Positions 9,559-21,470 of a stretch of 64,000 nt of DNA are shown here, piece by piece. The stretch is from NCBI GenBank assembly GCA_963846555.1, contig CAWJWI010000006.1, positions 12,184 to 76,183 on the forward strand, written 5' to 3'. The notes beneath the pieces were generated by a model. It was given only the letters and a program-made list of their open reading frames with translations. It was not told the DNA's origin and did not search any database. The first letter of the stretch is position 1; each line of letters opens with the position of its first letter. The position numbers were made by a program, and so were the translations under genes. This DNA comes from an uncultured Microthrixaceae bacterium (GTDB lineage: Bacteria; Actinomycetota; Acidimicrobiia; Acidimicrobiales; VFJN01).

Positions 9559-10215
9559 TCAGCGTGCTCGGTCGAGCCCGTCGAGGATCAGCTGGAGACC
9601 GAAGTCGAACTCGTCGCCGTAGTCGTAGCCCGGCTTCATCACGTGCTCGACAGCCAGCTCGGTCAGGTGGGGGTACTCCTCGGCGGACGCCAGGTGGAGG
9701 ATCTCCTCGACGAGCTCAGCGGTCGAGGTGCCGTCCTCGAAGGGCAGCCCGGCCTCTTGGAGAGCGAAGCCGTAGACGTAGCTGTCCAGCAAGGAGAAGG
9801 CGTGGGCAGCCATCGGGATGCTGAAGCCGGCACGTCGAAGGATGCCGATCACCGCGTCGTGATGACGGAGCGTGGCGGGCCCCGGAGACGTACGCGTCTC
9901 CATCAGCCCGATCGCCCACGGGTGACTGGCGAGCACGGTCCGTGCCGACGTCGCACGCGTGCGCATCGCCTCTCCCCAGTCGGCGGCGTCGACGGGCAGG
10001 TCGATCTCGCCGAACACCAGGTCGATCATGCCGTCGAGCAGATCGCTCTTGTTGGCGACGTGGTTGTAGAGCGACATCGCTTCGACACCGACGGCCTCAC
10101 CGAGCTTTCGCATGCTCAGCGACTCGAGCCCGTGCCGGTCGGCGAACCCCACCGCCGCTTCGAGCACACGGCGCCTGCTCAGCGTCTGGCGTGCCGGCAT
10201 CGATCTCGCGGGCAT
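9559..10215 (-). CDS. TetR family regulator with TetR_C domain
   Basis: [41 protein letters not shown]. Confidence 0.92.
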   Translation of the reverse strand: MPARSMPARQTLSRRRVLEAAVGFADRHGLESLSMRKLGEAVGVEAMSLYNHVANKSDLLDGMIDLVFGEIDLPVDAADWGEAMRTRATSARTVLASHPWAIGLMETRTSPGPATLRHHDAVIGILRRAGFSIPMAAHAFSLLDSYVYGFALQEAGLPFEDGTSTAELVEEILHLASAEEYPHLTELAVEHVMKPGYDYGDEFDFGLQLILDGLDRAR

Positions 10216-10228
10216 CGTGCGATCCTCC

Positions 10229-10274
10229 TTGACGGACTTACATCGTAAGCATATCCTTCACTTACAGCGTAAGT
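10229..10274 (+). promoter_or_regulatory. Sigma70 promoter with two TetR operators
   Basis: TTGACG-N17-TATCCT; CTTAC-N3-GTAAG at 10237-10249 and 10261-10273. Confidence 0.75.
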
Positions 10275-10281
10275 CCCACGA

Positions 10282-11337
10282 TTGACGGAGACGGATATGT
10301 CCAGCGCAGCGCTCGACCAGCCCACGGAGACATCGAACCAGGACGCGGAGACCATGCGAGCAGTGGTCCAGCGTCGCTACGGCACCTCGGCGGCCGAGGT
10401 CCTCGACGTCGCGGTCGTGCCCCGCCCGGTCGGCGGCGGCGACCAGGTGCTGGTCCGAGTCGTCGCGGCCAGCGTCGACTACGGCACCTGGCATTGCATG
10501 TCGGGGCTCCCGGCCGCCATGCGGCTCGCCGGCTTCGGGGTTCGTGCCCCGAAGGCGTCCAACCCCGGACGAGCCTTCGCCGGCGTCGTCGACGCTATGG
10601 GTGGGACGGCTACCGGCTTCGCCGTGGGCGACGAGGTCTACGGCACGTGTGACGGCGCCTTCGCCGAGTACGTCGCTGTCGACGTCGACCACCTGGCCCG
10701 CAAGCCGGAGAACCTGACCTTCGAGCAGGCTGCGGCCGCGCCCATCTCGGGCGTGACAGCCCTCCAGGCCGTCTGGGCAGCCGGCGTGCAGCGAGGTCAA
10801 CGGGTCCTCGTCATCGGCGCCTCGGGTGGGGTCGGCAGCTTCGCCGTGCAGATCGCCAAGGCGGCCGGAGCCGAGGTCACCGGTGTCTGCAGCACATCGA
10901 AGGTCGACCTGGTTCGCAGCATCGGTGCCGACCACGTCATCGACTACCTGCGCGACGACATCGGCTCAAAGGGCGAGCGCTACGACGCCATCATCGACAT
11001 CGCCGGCAACCGCCGCATCGGCACCCTCCGCCGCGCGCTGACACCGAAAGGCACCCTGGTCATCGTCGGCGGCGAGACCGACGGGCTCATCTTCGGCGGC
11101 TTCGGCCGCTCGCTTCGGGCCGTCGCACTCTCACCGTTCGTGACGCAGCGCCTCCGAATGCTCGCCTCGACGGAGAACGCCACGGACCTGGTGAAGCTGG
11201 GAGACCTCATCGAAGCCGGTGAGGTCATGCCCGTCGTCAACGGCACGTACCCGCTCGAAGGCGTCGGAGCTGCGATCGGTCATGTGAAGGACGGACTGTC
11301 CAGGGGAAAGGTCGTGGTCAGCATCGGAGCTCGATGA
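10282..11337 (+). CDS. NAD(P)-dependent MDR-family alcohol dehydrogenase / quinone oxidoreductase
   Basis: GAFAEY, GASGGVGSFAVQIAK, GADHVIDY, GKVVV; start may be ATG 10297. Confidence 0.9.
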   Translation: MTETDMSSAALDQPTETSNQDAETMRAVVQRRYGTSAAEVLDVAVVPRPVGGGDQVLVRVVAASVDYGTWHCMSGLPAAMRLAGFGVRAPKASNPGRAFAGVVDAMGGTATGFAVGDEVYGTCDGAFAEYVAVDVDHLARKPENLTFEQAAAAPISGVTALQAVWAAGVQRGQRVLVIGASGGVGSFAVQIAKAAGAEVTGVCSTSKVDLVRSIGADHVIDYLRDDIGSKGERYDAIIDIAGNRRIGTLRRALTPKGTLVIVGGETDGLIFGGFGRSLRAVALSPFVTQRLRMLASTENATDLVKLGDLIEAGEVMPVVNGTYPLEGVGAAIGHVKDGLSRGKVVVSIGAR

Positions 11338-11427
11338 CTTCGGGCGCAGGTCTCGGGGGCCAGCTCCCGCTCCAGCCAGTCGGGCTGGGGTGCTTTGGTG
11401 CCACTCCTGGCCTGCCCGGTAGGGCTC

Positions 11428-12129
11428 TCACACCTCTTGTCCGAGCTGGAACGTGGCCGTCAGGTCCTCTCCCCACGTGCAGAAGCTCGGTGCTTTGGGC
11501 AGGCCGAGGGCGCGGAGCTCGTCGGCGATGGTGCCATCCCCGAGTGTGAGCGACACGTCCTCAGGGGCGACGAGGTTCGAAGGCATGTCGATGGCGAGCG
11601 GCGTGGCGTGGGGAACGCCGTCGAGGTAGGAGTAGCTCACCGACTCGGTCCGGGTGGTGCCGCGGTCGGCCACGACCCGGGGGAGGCCGACCGTCAAGGT
11701 CTCGGCTGCGTCCTCCCACAGCCGGAACGTCACCCGTTCGTCGGTGTACTCGGCGTCGATCCGGGTGACCACCTTGGGGAACCCCATCACCTGGTTCCCG
11801 GCCTCGCAGGTGAACTCCTGGTCGACCGGCATGCGGTAGATGAACGATCCGATGACCTCGGGACCAGCGTCGGCGGGCCGGGCCAGGAAGCCGATGTTCA
11901 CCTCGTTGTAGTCACCCCAGGGGTTCTCCCGGTAGTCACAGAGGCTGACGATCAGCTGCGCTGCGCCCGGCTCGAGCTCTGTCACGACGAAGGCATCACC
12001 GGGCAGCAGGGCGGTGGCCGCATCGGCCGGCACGCTGAACCCCATCGTCGCGGCGTGGAAGCGCTCCACCTCCATCGGGAAGGTGATGGGCCGCCCCTGG
12101 ATCGTGCCCCAGGTCACCTGTTCGGTCAT
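11428..12129 (-). CDS. Acetoacetate decarboxylase family protein
   Basis: DYRENPWGDYNE, MPVDQEFTCEAGNQVMGFPK. Confidence 0.82.
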   Translation of the reverse strand: MTEQVTWGTIQGRPITFPMEVERFHAATMGFSVPADAATALLPGDAFVVTELEPGAAQLIVSLCDYRENPWGDYNEVNIGFLARPADAGPEVIGSFIYRMPVDQEFTCEAGNQVMGFPKVVTRIDAEYTDERVTFRLWEDAAETLTVGLPRVVADRGTTRTESVSYSYLDGVPHATPLAIDMPSNLVAPEDVSLTLGDGTIADELRALGLPKAPSFCTWGEDLTATFQLGQEV

Positions 12130-12259
12130 GTGGAGCTCCCTCTCTCGTCAGGGGCGTTGTCGCACCCGGGCCCAGCCTGGCCCATCGCTCCGATGGCCAG
12201 CCACCGGCCGAGGCGGTGCGCCGGTCACGGCGCGATGCCGCGGGCGCTCTCGACTGCGA

Positions 12260-13159
12260 TCACTGTGCGATCCCTTCGGTCTGAGTCGAGCGGGCGGGGG
12301 TGCGCGTGGTGATGAACGACGAGATCGCGACAGCGACATCGTCGGGGTGCGTGCGGGGCGACCAGTGGCCCGCCCCGATCTCGGTGCGGGTGAAGTCGTC
12401 GACGAAGCCAGCCGACTCGGCCAGGACCGACGCGCTGACGTAGCTGTCCTTCGTGGCCACGACCTGGTGGACCGGCACTCGAGCTGGTCGGATCTCCGGT
12501 CGGCGAACGCGCTCGAAGATGTTGGTGCGATACAGGGGCACCGCCGCGGTGGCGGCCTGGGCCAGGTCAGGACCGGGGTAGCCCGAGTCGGGTCGGATGC
12601 CCTCGGTGAGTTGCAGCCAGCGCCGGAAGACGCGGCTCATGCCCAAGTGCCACATGCCGGTACGGACCACTGGCAGGCTCAGGACCAGGGTGTACATCGA
12701 CCTCGAACCCTGAGCCAGCGCCGCCCTGCGGTTGGTTCGCATGAGGTGGCCGAGGTGGTCGAGGTTGGGGCCTGACACGGTGGTGAACGTGGTGACCTTG
12801 CCGAGGCAGGCATCGGTGGTGATGTACTCCCATCCTTCGACGCCGCCCCAGTCGTGGCCGACGAGGTGGACGGCCCGGTCCGGGCTGGTGGCGTCGATCA
12901 CGGCGTCGATGTCAGCCGCCAGCTTGTCGAGGGCGTACGGGCGCGGCACGAGTGCGGGCGTCGACTCGCCCACCCCGCGCACATCGAAGGTGACAACGTG
13001 GGATCCGTCGGCTGCCAGTCGATCGGCAACGAGGTCCCACACCGCGTGGGAGTCGGGCCAGCCGTGGACCATCACGAGCGTCTGGTTGTCGGGGCTCGGC
13101 GCGCCCCGCTCGTACACGGCGAGCGCGGCGGTGCCCGAGACGACCGTGGAGCGCTTCAC
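12260..13159 (-). CDS. Alpha/beta hydrolase (EphD N-terminal-like)
   Basis: VHGWPD, GHDWG, GHW; start overlaps the deacylase stop. Confidence 0.88.
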   Translation of the reverse strand: MKRSTVVSGTAALAVYERGAPSPDNQTLVMVHGWPDSHAVWDLVADRLAADGSHVVTFDVRGVGESTPALVPRPYALDKLAADIDAVIDATSPDRAVHLVGHDWGGVEGWEYITTDACLGKVTTFTTVSGPNLDHLGHLMRTNRRAALAQGSRSMYTLVLSLPVVRTGMWHLGMSRVFRRWLQLTEGIRPDSGYPGPDLAQAATAAVPLYRTNIFERVRRPEIRPARVPVHQVVATKDSYVSASVLAESAGFVDDFTRTEIGAGHWSPRTHPDDVAVAISSFITTRTPARSTQTEGIAQ

Positions 13160-14949
13160 GAGGCGACCGCCTTCGGGGTGGGGGAGAGGACAGGTGTCGA
13201 TCGGTGCTGCTGCCCGGCCCGGAGGAACTGGCCTGTCCGGTGCGTTCTGCCGAAGCCAGGGTCGAACTTCCCGCCCCGGAACACGACCTCACCGGCGATG
13301 ATCGTCGCGTCGACGGTCTTGTCGTTGCGCCGAACCATGCGCGACAAGCCACCGAAGCACTCCATCTGTGCCTCGTGGTACTCGCTGAGCGAGTCGTCGA
13401 GATGAGAGGGATCGACGACGACGACATCAGCGCGGTCACCGACACGAAGGTGGCCGGCGTCGAGGCCGAACCAATCGCCGAGCTCGCCGGTCAGGCGGTG
13501 CACGGCGTGCTCCGTGGTCATGAAGGGACGCCCGGACTGCTGGGCGTCGTGGACCCGGCGCAGCATCTGGAGGCCGCTGTTGTAGAACGCCATGTTCCGC
13601 AGGTGGGCGCCGGCGTCGGAGAAGCCGATCTGGATGCCAGGGTCGACGGCCATCTTCTCGAGGTTGCGGGGACGGTGGTTGGCGACCGTCGTTCGCCAGC
13701 GCAGGTTGGAGCCGCCGTGCTCGACGATGAGGTCGAGGAACGCGTCGACTGGGTGGATGCTCCGTTCGTCGGCGACCTGCCCGAAGCTCTTGCCCACCAC
13801 GGAGGCGTCGGGGCAGCCGACGATGAGGGCGTCGTAGAGGTCCTTGTGCCACAGCCCGGGCCTGGCCTTGTTGGTGTACTGGCGGCGAAACCTGCGGCGG
13901 TAGGCCTCGTCGCGCATCAGCGCGTTGCGCTCGACCTCGTCGCGCAGGTGGAGGGCGGCCCTGCCGGCGCCGAGCTCCTCGAACACGGGGAGGTCGATCC
14001 CGTCGCTGTAGAGCTCGAACGGTGCGGGCACGTGCTGGAGGCGCACATCAGAGCGCAGCAGCCGATTGTGCAGGTGGACGGCACGCCCGGCGTGGACCCC
14101 ACCGGGAACCGACTTGGGGTCGGCGGCGACGAGGAGGCTCGTGCGCAGCCTCGATCGGAAGATGCCTCGGCTCTCGCGCAGGAACTGGATCACGTTGAGC
14201 GGCATCCGGGCATCCGGCGCGCTCTGCAGCACCCGGCCGCGGCGACGGAGCACCCGGTTGAGGCGGCGGTACTCGGCCCAACGCGCGTGGGTCGAGGGAA
14301 GGGGGCGGGAACGGAACCGGGTGCCGCCGACCTTGTCGAGCTTGGTGGTCATCGTGGACAGGCCCAGGAGCCCCGCATCGAGCGACTGCTCGAGCAGCCG
14401 CTCCATCTCGACGAGCTCGGTCTCGCTCGTCTCGACCTCGGGGTCCACCGAGCGGCCGAGACCCATGACATGGGCCCGGAGGTCGGAGTGGCCCAGGAAG
14501 CAGCTCACGTTGGGACCCAGGGGGAGGGCTTCGAGGGCATCGACATAGCTGGCGGCGTCGGTCCAGCTGCGGGCGTCGCGAACGGTCTTGATGACGTGCT
14601 CGTAGGGGACGGCCTCGACCCGGGCGAACATGTCGGCCGAGTCCTCGGCGCCGGACAGGATCGTCGACAGGGAGCAGCTGCCCATCACGACCGTGGTGAC
14701 GCCGTGGCGAACCGACTCGCTCAGCCCCGGCTCGACCAGCACCTCGGCGTCGTAGTGGGTGTGGACGTCAACGAAGCCCGGCAGGACCCAACGGCCCTCC
14801 GCCTCGACAACCTCGGCGCCCGTCGTGTCGAGCGGCTCCGTCGCCACGTCGACCACCACGCCGCCACGGATCCCGACGTCACGAATCGCCCCGGGAGCAC
14901 CGCTCCCGTCGAACCACAAGCCGCGCCGGATCACCAGGTCGTAGCTCAT
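13156..14949 (-). CDS. N-acyl-D-amino-acid deacylase family amidohydrolase
   Basis: PGFVDVHTHYDAE, HGVTTVVMGSCS, SDAGAHLRNMAFY. Confidence 0.92.
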   Translation of the reverse strand: MSYDLVIRRGLWFDGSGAPGAIRDVGIRGGVVVDVATEPLDTTGAEVVEAEGRWVLPGFVDVHTHYDAEVLVEPGLSESVRHGVTTVVMGSCSLSTILSGAEDSADMFARVEAVPYEHVIKTVRDARSWTDAASYVDALEALPLGPNVSCFLGHSDLRAHVMGLGRSVDPEVETSETELVEMERLLEQSLDAGLLGLSTMTTKLDKVGGTRFRSRPLPSTHARWAEYRRLNRVLRRRGRVLQSAPDARMPLNVIQFLRESRGIFRSRLRTSLLVAADPKSVPGGVHAGRAVHLHNRLLRSDVRLQHVPAPFELYSDGIDLPVFEELGAGRAALHLRDEVERNALMRDEAYRRRFRRQYTNKARPGLWHKDLYDALIVGCPDASVVGKSFGQVADERSIHPVDAFLDLIVEHGGSNLRWRTTVANHRPRNLEKMAVDPGIQIGFSDAGAHLRNMAFYNSGLQMLRRVHDAQQSGRPFMTTEHAVHRLTGELGDWFGLDAGHLRVGDRADVVVVDPSHLDDSLSEYHEAQMECFGGLSRMVRRNDKTVDATIIAGEVVFRGGKFDPGFGRTHRTGQFLRAGQQHRSTPVLSPTPKAVAS

Positions 14950-14952
14950 TTG

Positions 14953-14986
14953 TCTACTTCTAGTAGAATTATTGTGCGGAGGTCAA
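14953..14986 (-). promoter_or_regulatory. Probable leaderless promoter with operator palindrome
   Basis: TTGACC -35 on minus strand; TCTACT-tct-AGTAGA (14953-14967) directly before the ATG. Confidence 0.55.
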
Positions 14987-15047
14987 GCGACCTCCGTCAC
15001 ACCGGGCAGAGGCGTCTCCTCGGAGCACATCCCGTCTCGGGCAACGG

Positions 15048-15275
15048 TCACGGTTGATAGGTCAGTAGATCGCCAGGCTGACAGTCGAGCTCGCGACAGA
15101 TGGCCGCAAGCGTGGTGAACCGGATCGCCTTGGCGCGCCCGTTCTTGAGGATCGAGACGTTGGCCTGGGTCAGATCGATCCTGTTGGCCAGCTCGGTCAG
15201 CGTCATGCCTCGCTCGGCCAAGAGCTCATCGAGACGCACTGCGATGTTCGTCGCCTCATCGTCGACCGGCGGCAT
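15048..15275 (-). CDS. Cro/C1 HTH regulator (YozG-like)
   Basis: MTLTELANRIDLTQANVSILKNGRAKAIRFTTLAAICRELDCQPGDLL. Confidence 0.92.
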   Translation of the reverse strand: MPPVDDEATNIAVRLDELLAERGMTLTELANRIDLTQANVSILKNGRAKAIRFTTLAAICRELDCQPGDLLTYQP

Positions 15276-15894
15276 CAGATGGTCGTCGCAGCGTCTTCGG
15301 CTAGATCGGTGCCGTACTCGAACATCACCGAGAGCGCCCAGAGAAGCAGACCGATGAGAAAGGCGAGGTGGAAAGGCGATGGCAGGGAGATGCCGGGGGT
15401 AGGTACTGCGGTGTCGACGACGGCGAATCGGAACGCCAGCGATCGCACGAGTCGGCGAAGCTCAACCCGATCCCGCCCAGCACTGCGAGGATTCGCAGGT
15501 CCCGCACGTTTCGCCGGTCGAAGGGCCTGCCACTGCTGGCCCGACTGAAGATGGCGAACGTCAGGAACGTAGAGGCGACGCCGAGGGCGGCGAGGTAGAA
15601 GTCGCCGACCTCGGCGAGTGCCGCCTTCGCCCCGGAGACGTCCTCGTCGATGATCGTCACCTCCTGGTAGCCGATCGGCCCGCCCGTCTCGGGGTCAGTC
15701 GCAGGCTCGTACTCCCTCACGGTGTCCTCGATTGCTGGGTTCAGCGCGGCCCGAGCCATGCCAAGTCCGGCGGCGACAAGCGCGAGGAGCGCGATGACGA
15801 GCGAAGCGGCCGCGAGGGTTGCGCACCACCGGATCGACCGAGGTGCGGCGTCGCGCTCGTCGCTGCCGAAGATGGGTTCACGAGCCTGGGTCAT
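15275..15894 (-). CDS. DUF2975-like membrane protein, frameshift near 15449
   Basis: GRPFDRRNVRDLRILA; shifted frame continues ..FLIGLLLWALSVMFEYGTDLAEDAATTI* with TGATG overlap onto the HTH gene. Confidence 0.8.
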
Positions 15895-15923
15895 ATCGAT
15901 AATCGATCACATCGAAAGACGAT
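15895..15923. promoter_or_regulatory. Tandem ATCG-N5-CGAT operators
   Basis: 15895-15907 and 15911-15923, abutting the DUF2975 start codon. Confidence 0.6.
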
Positions 15924-16048
15924 AGTCAATCGATACCTCCCAACCGCCACAGACGCGGCCGCGGCGGTCCGTTGGGATTGTCGAGTCGGTGGTCGAAAGG
16001 CCCGCTGAGGCGTCCGTGTACCTTATGACCGAATCGCGGGGAGGGAAG

Positions 16049-19000
16049 ATGGCGACTTCTGGGGTAGTGACGATCCTCTTCACGGACCTGGTGGACTCGA
16101 CGGCCACCACGGTCGCGATGTCCCCGGCGGATGCGGATGCGCTGCGTCGAGATCACTTCGGCCTGCTGGGCGAGGCGGTTGCCGCGCAGGGCGGGACTGT
16201 GGTCAAGAACCTCGGTGACGGGCTGATGGTGGAGTTCCGCAGCGTCACCGGTTGTCTGGCGGCTGCGGCGGCGGCCCAGCAGAGGGTGTTGGACTTCAAC
16301 GCGATGGGCCACGCCCTTCGGATCCGGATGGGGATCTCCACCGGCGAGGCGGTCGAGGAGGACGGCGACTGGTTCGGGATCCCAGTCATCGAGGCATCGC
16401 GGCTGTGCGGTGCAGCGAAGGGCGGTCAAGTTCTGGTGAGCGCAACGACGCGGCTCCTCGCTGGCGGTTCCGCAGCGACGACGCTCGCCTCGATCGGGTC
16501 GCTGACGCTCAAGGGCCTGCCGGAGCCTGTGGCCGCCTTCGAGCTGGACTGGGCGCCGCTCCAGGAGGACGAGACGTCCGTCGCCCTTCCGGGCCGGCTG
16601 GCCATGACCTCTGCCGTCCCCTTCGTCGGGCGGCTCGCCGAGTGCGACCGACTGGAGCTCGCGTCCAAGGCCGCTGCCGCAGGCGAGCGGCGGGTCACCC
16701 TGCTCTACGGCGAACCGGGGATGGGCAAGACGCGCCTCGCCAGCCACGTCGCCCGTCGCGCCCACCAGGCTGGGGCGACAATCCTCTACGGCCGGTGCGA
16801 CCCCGAGCTCGGCCTGCCGTACCAGCCATTGGTCGAGGCGCTGACCCACTACGTGGTCCACGGCTCGGATCGCGTGCTGCGCAACCATGTCGCATCGTCC
16901 TCCGCGCACGTCGGCCGGCTGGTCCCCGAGCTCTACGACAAGGTCCCCGGCGCGGAGCGCTCGCCCGATGCCACCCCCGAGACCGACCGCTATCGGCTCT
17001 TCGCAGCGGTGCGCAGCCTGCTTCGCCAGGCCGGGACGGCTGCTCCGATCGTCCTCGTGCTCGACGACCTCCACTGGGCCGACAAAGCCACGCTCCTGTT
17101 GCTGCGCGACATCCTCTCCGACCCGACCGTCACGCGGCTGCACGTCATCGGTACGTTCCGCGAGTCCGAGACCGCACGCTCTGCTCCGCTCGTCGACATG
17201 CTCGCCGAGCTGTCGCAGGACAGCGGTGTGGAGCGGATCACGCTCGCCGGGCTCGAGGAGACCGATGTCGCATGTCTGGCTGAGCAGACGGCGGGCCACA
17301 GCCTCGACGCACAGGGTCTGCAGCTGGTGGGCCAGCTCTTCGCTGACACGCAGGGAAGCCCGTTCTTCGTCGCGGAGATCCTCCGCCACCTCACCGAGTC
17401 CGGTGGGCTGGTCGATGAGCACGGCCAGTGGACCTATGGAGGAGACCCGGACTCCCTCGGGATCCCGGGCACCGTTCGCGAGGTCGTGCGATCTCGAGTG
17501 AGCCGCCTCGGTGACGATGTCGCCCGAGTGCTGGCCATGGGATCGGTGTGCGGTCGGGAGTTCGACCTCGACCTCCTCGCCAGCGTGCTGGACCTCGGGG
17601 AGGACGACCTCCTCGACCTGCTCGATCGGGCCACGGCAGCTTCACTGATCCACGAGCGGACGGACCAGCCGGGGCGCTTCAGCTTCGGACACGCACTCAT
17701 CCAGCACACGCTGTACGACGACCTCGGCCCATCCCGCCGGGCCCGGGGCCACGCGCGGGTCGCCTCCGCGCTCGAGGCCATGGCGGCCGATCATCTTGAT
17801 GATCGCCTGGGCGAGGTGGCCCATCATTGGTTGCGGACCACAGCGCCAGCCGATCTGGAGCGAGGCATCCAGCGCGGTCGCCAGGCTGGCGAGCACGCCG
17901 TACGGCAGCTTGCCCCCGATGAGGCGGTTCGATGGTTCGTGCAGTCGCTCGAGATCATCACCCGCCTCGACGAGCACCATCAGACCGAGCGCTGTGAGCT
18001 CCTGATCCTCCTGGGTGACGCGCAGCGCCAGGCCGGGGATCCCGCCTACCGCGGAACGTTGCTCGAGGCCTCGGCACTGGCCGAGGAGATCGGCGACGTG
18101 CCCCGGATGGTGCGTGCTGCTCTGGCCAACAACCGCGGGTTCGTCAGCTCCAACGGCGCGGTCGATCAGGATCGCGTCGACGTCCTCGAGCGAGCCATCG
18201 CCGCACAGGGCGACGTGCAGACCGCCGAACGAGCTCGCCTCCTCATCCTGCTCGCCGCGGAGCTCACCTACGCCGGGGACTGGGACCGTCGCCTCGCCCT
18301 CGCCGATGAGGCCGTCGCCCTCGCCCGACGCCTCGAGGACCCGGCGACCCTCTCGACTGTGCTGACCACCCGGTTCACGACCATCGCCGCCCCGGGCACC
18401 ATGGTCCAACGCCTCGGGGAGACCACCGAGAACCTGTCGCTCAGCCTGCGCGTTGACGAGCCCTCGGCACGGTTCTGGGCTCTCATCTTCCACGCCACGG
18501 TGTCGATGGAGGCTCTCGACATCGCGGCGGTCGACGACGACCACGAGGAAGCCCAGCAGCTCGCCGCCACCCTCGGGCAGCCCTTCCTTCGCTGGGTCAG
18601 CGCCTGGCACAGGGCCTGGCGGGCCCACGTCTCGGGTGACTGCGCCCTCTCGGAGGAGCTCGCGAACACCGCACTCGGCATCGCGCTCGACAGCGGGCAG
18701 CCGGACGCCTTCGACATCTACGCGGGCCAGATCTACGGGATCCGCCGCGACCAGAACCAGCTCGCCGAGCTGCTCCCCCTCCTCGCCGAGTCAGAGCGGA
18801 ACAACCCTGGCCTCACCGCGTTCCGCTCCGCCTGGATGCTCGCAGCCTGCGAAGCCGGTGAGACCGACGGGATCGCAGAGCGGCTCGATGCCGAGCTGGC
18901 GTCCGAGTTCGCAGACTGGAAGATCGACCCCCTCTGGATGACCGGCATGGCGATGTACGCCGAGGTCGCGTGGTGGACGGGCCATCGCGCCGCCGCCGAG

Positions 19001-19356
19001 GCGATCCTGTGCCGCCTCGAGCCGTGGGCGGGCCAAGTGGTGTTCAACAGCGCGTTCTGCCAGGGCGTCGTGTCGCACCACCTCGGGCTCCTCTACACCG
19101 TGCTCGGCCGCTACGACGATGCCGATGCGAGCCTCAGCGCAGCCGACAAGCAGTACGAGCTCCTCGACGCCCCATTGATGCGCGGTCGCGCCCAGAGCGC
19201 GTACCGCGCCGACTCTTGCGACTCCGCGACAGACCCGGCGATTCCGAGACGGCCACGGCTCTGATCGACAGCGCCCGAGCCACTGCGGAGCGACTCGGCG
19301 CCCCGGGCATCCTGCTCCTGCCGGACGAACGGTTGCCGGATCTTGAGCCAACCTGA
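16049..19356 (+). CDS. Class III nucleotide cyclase + AAA_16 (STAND) ATPase + helical repeats; frameshift near 19205
   Basis: [39 protein letters not shown]-terminus continues in another frame (..[13 protein letters not shown]..). Confidence 0.88.
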
Positions 19357-19386
19357 CGCGCGTCGCTGACGCGCGTTGGTGCGCAG

Positions 19387-19416
19387 TTGCACTCTTCCCT
19401 TACGTAAGGGTAGGTT
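19387..19416 (+). promoter_or_regulatory. MerR-type promoter/operator
   Basis: TTGCAC-N18-TAGGTT with perfect dyad CCCTTACGTAAGGG in the spacer; operon ends in a merR-family gene. Confidence 0.72.
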
Positions 19417-19543
19417 GCCGATCGCCTGCGAGGGTGCTCCATCAGGGCCTGGGCTCGAACCCGACTTCCTGGATGTGCTGCCCCGGGCCCTCCCCCCGAA
19501 ACCTGTCGAGCGGTGACGCGCGGCATCTCCCCCGAAGGCATCT

Positions 19544-21045
19544 GTGTACACAACTGCTCCTGCCGGTCCGCGCACGTCGTTGCAGCGGGTCCGCGACACC
19601 TGGTTCTCCAACCCCCGCGCCGACCTCCTCGCCGGGATGGTCGTCGCCCTGGCGCTGATCCCCGAGGCGATCTCGTTCTCGATCATCGCCGGGGTCGATC
19701 CGAAGGTCGGCCTCTACGCCTCGTTCTCGATCGCCGTGATCATCGCCTTCGCCGGCGGACGGCCGGGGATGATCTCGGCGGCCACCGGCGCCATGGCTCT
19801 GGTCGTCGTCACCCTGGTGAAGGAGCACGGGGTCGAGTACCTCTTCGCCGCCACCATCGTCGCCGGGCTCATCCAGGTCGCTCTCGGTGCGCTCGGCGTC
19901 GGTCGTCTGATGCGGTTCATCCCCCGGACCGTGATGGTCGGCTTCGTGAACGCTCTGGCGATCCTGATCTTCTTCGCCCAGCTCGAGCACGTGCTCGGCG
20001 AGGGCGTCGCCGTCTACGCGATGGTCGCTCTCGGCTTGGCGATCATGGTGCTCCTCCCCAAGGTCACGACCGCCGTGCCCGCCCCGCTCGTCGCCATCGC
20101 CGTGCTCGGCGTCGGCGCCGCCGTGCTGCACGTGAACGTTCCGACCGTCGGCGACATGGGGGCTCTCCCAGACGCGCTTCCCGGCTTCGGCCTGCCCGAC
20201 GTGCCCTTCAACCTGGCCACCCTCCAGATCGTCTTCCCCTACGCGTTCACCCTGGCCATCGTCGGGCTGCTCGAGTCGCTTGCTGACCGCGCAGCTCGTC
20301 GACGACATCACCGACACCCGCTCCGACAAGGACCGCGAGTCACGCGGGCAGGGCATCGCCAACGTCGCCACCGGGTTCCTCGGCGGCATGGCCGGGTGCG
20401 CCATGATCGGCCAGTCGATGATCAACATGCAGCTCCGGTGGCCGCACCCGGCTGTCGACGCTGTCGGCCGGCCTGTTCCTGATCGTCGGCATCCTGGCCT
20501 TCGGCGACCTCATCGCCGCCATCCCCATGGGTGCCCTGGTCGCCGTCATGATCCTCGTCGCCGTCGGCACCTTCGACTGGAACAGCGTCAAGCTCTCCCA
20601 GCTGCGCCGGACCCCGCGCACCGAGACCGCCGTGATGGTCGTCACCGTGGCCATCGTCGTCGCCACCCACAACCTGGCCCTCGGCGTCGCCGGCGGCGTC
20701 GTCCTCGCCGCGATCTTCTTCGCCCGCCGGGTGGCCCACGTCGCCGACGTGACCAGCGTGCTGGACCCCGCCGACGGCCGGACCCGGATCTACCACGTCA
20801 CCGGCGAGCTGTTCTTCGCCTCCACCAACGAGCTCCTCCACCTCTTCGACTACGCCGACGAGATCGACTCGGCGGTCATCGACCTCAACGACGCCCACAT
20901 CTGGGACACCTCGGCGGTCGCAGCGCTCGACGCGGTCGTCGCCAAGTTCGCCGCCCATGGCATCGATGCCACCCTGGTCGGGCTGAACGAGCACAGCGCC
21001 GAGCTGCACGGCCGGACCACCGGCTCTCTCGTCTCGTCGCACTGA
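19544..21045 (+). CDS. SulP family anion transporter with STAS domain; +1 frameshifts near 20281 and 20431
   Basis: [43 protein letters not shown]; three ORF pieces join after removing 2 nt. Confidence 0.9.
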
Positions 21046-21449
21046 TGGGGGAGGAGATGACCCTCGACGGAATGCACCAGATCGGCGAGGTGGCCGAGGC
21101 CGTCGGCCTCTCACTGCGCACGATCCGCCACTGGGACGAGGTCGCGCTCGTCCCGCCCTCAGGGCGCACGTCGGGCGGCTTCCGCCTCTACACCGACGAC
21201 GACGTCGAGCGCCTCCGCCTCGTGAAGGCCCTCAAGCCCCTCGACCTGTCCCTCGAGGACATCCGGGACCTCCTCGAGACCCGGGATCGGCTGGAGGAGA
21301 AGCCGCCCAGGAGCGAACGGGCCCGGCTCCGGGAGCGGCTTGCCACCTACGCCGCTCTGGCCGAGGAGCGCTGCGGCCTCCTGCAGGAGCAGCTCGCCTC
21401 CGTCAAGGCGCTCGCCCGCCGTCTTCGAGACGAATCCGGCGAACCGTGA
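21045..21449 (+). CDS. MerR family regulator
   Basis: [37 protein letters not shown] coupling to sulP. Confidence 0.92.
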   Translation: MGEEMTLDGMHQIGEVAEAVGLSLRTIRHWDEVALVPPSGRTSGGFRLYTDDDVERLRLVKALKPLDLSLEDIRDLLETRDRLEEKPPRSERARLRERLATYAALAEERCGLLQEQLASVKALARRLRDESGEP

Positions 21450-21470
21450 GCAGCTGAGCGAGGCCGCTGG

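Noticed and set aside
13204..15057. Long antisense ORFs (also 22941-24782, 46418-47992, 50920-52728 and others)
   Set aside because: Shadow frames of real genes in high-GC DNA; no motifs or RBS.
16049..19356. Avs-type antiphage STAND system
   Set aside because: Cyclase + AAA_16 + helical repeat architecture is a common actinobacterial signalling protein; no nuclease effector or defence neighbours.
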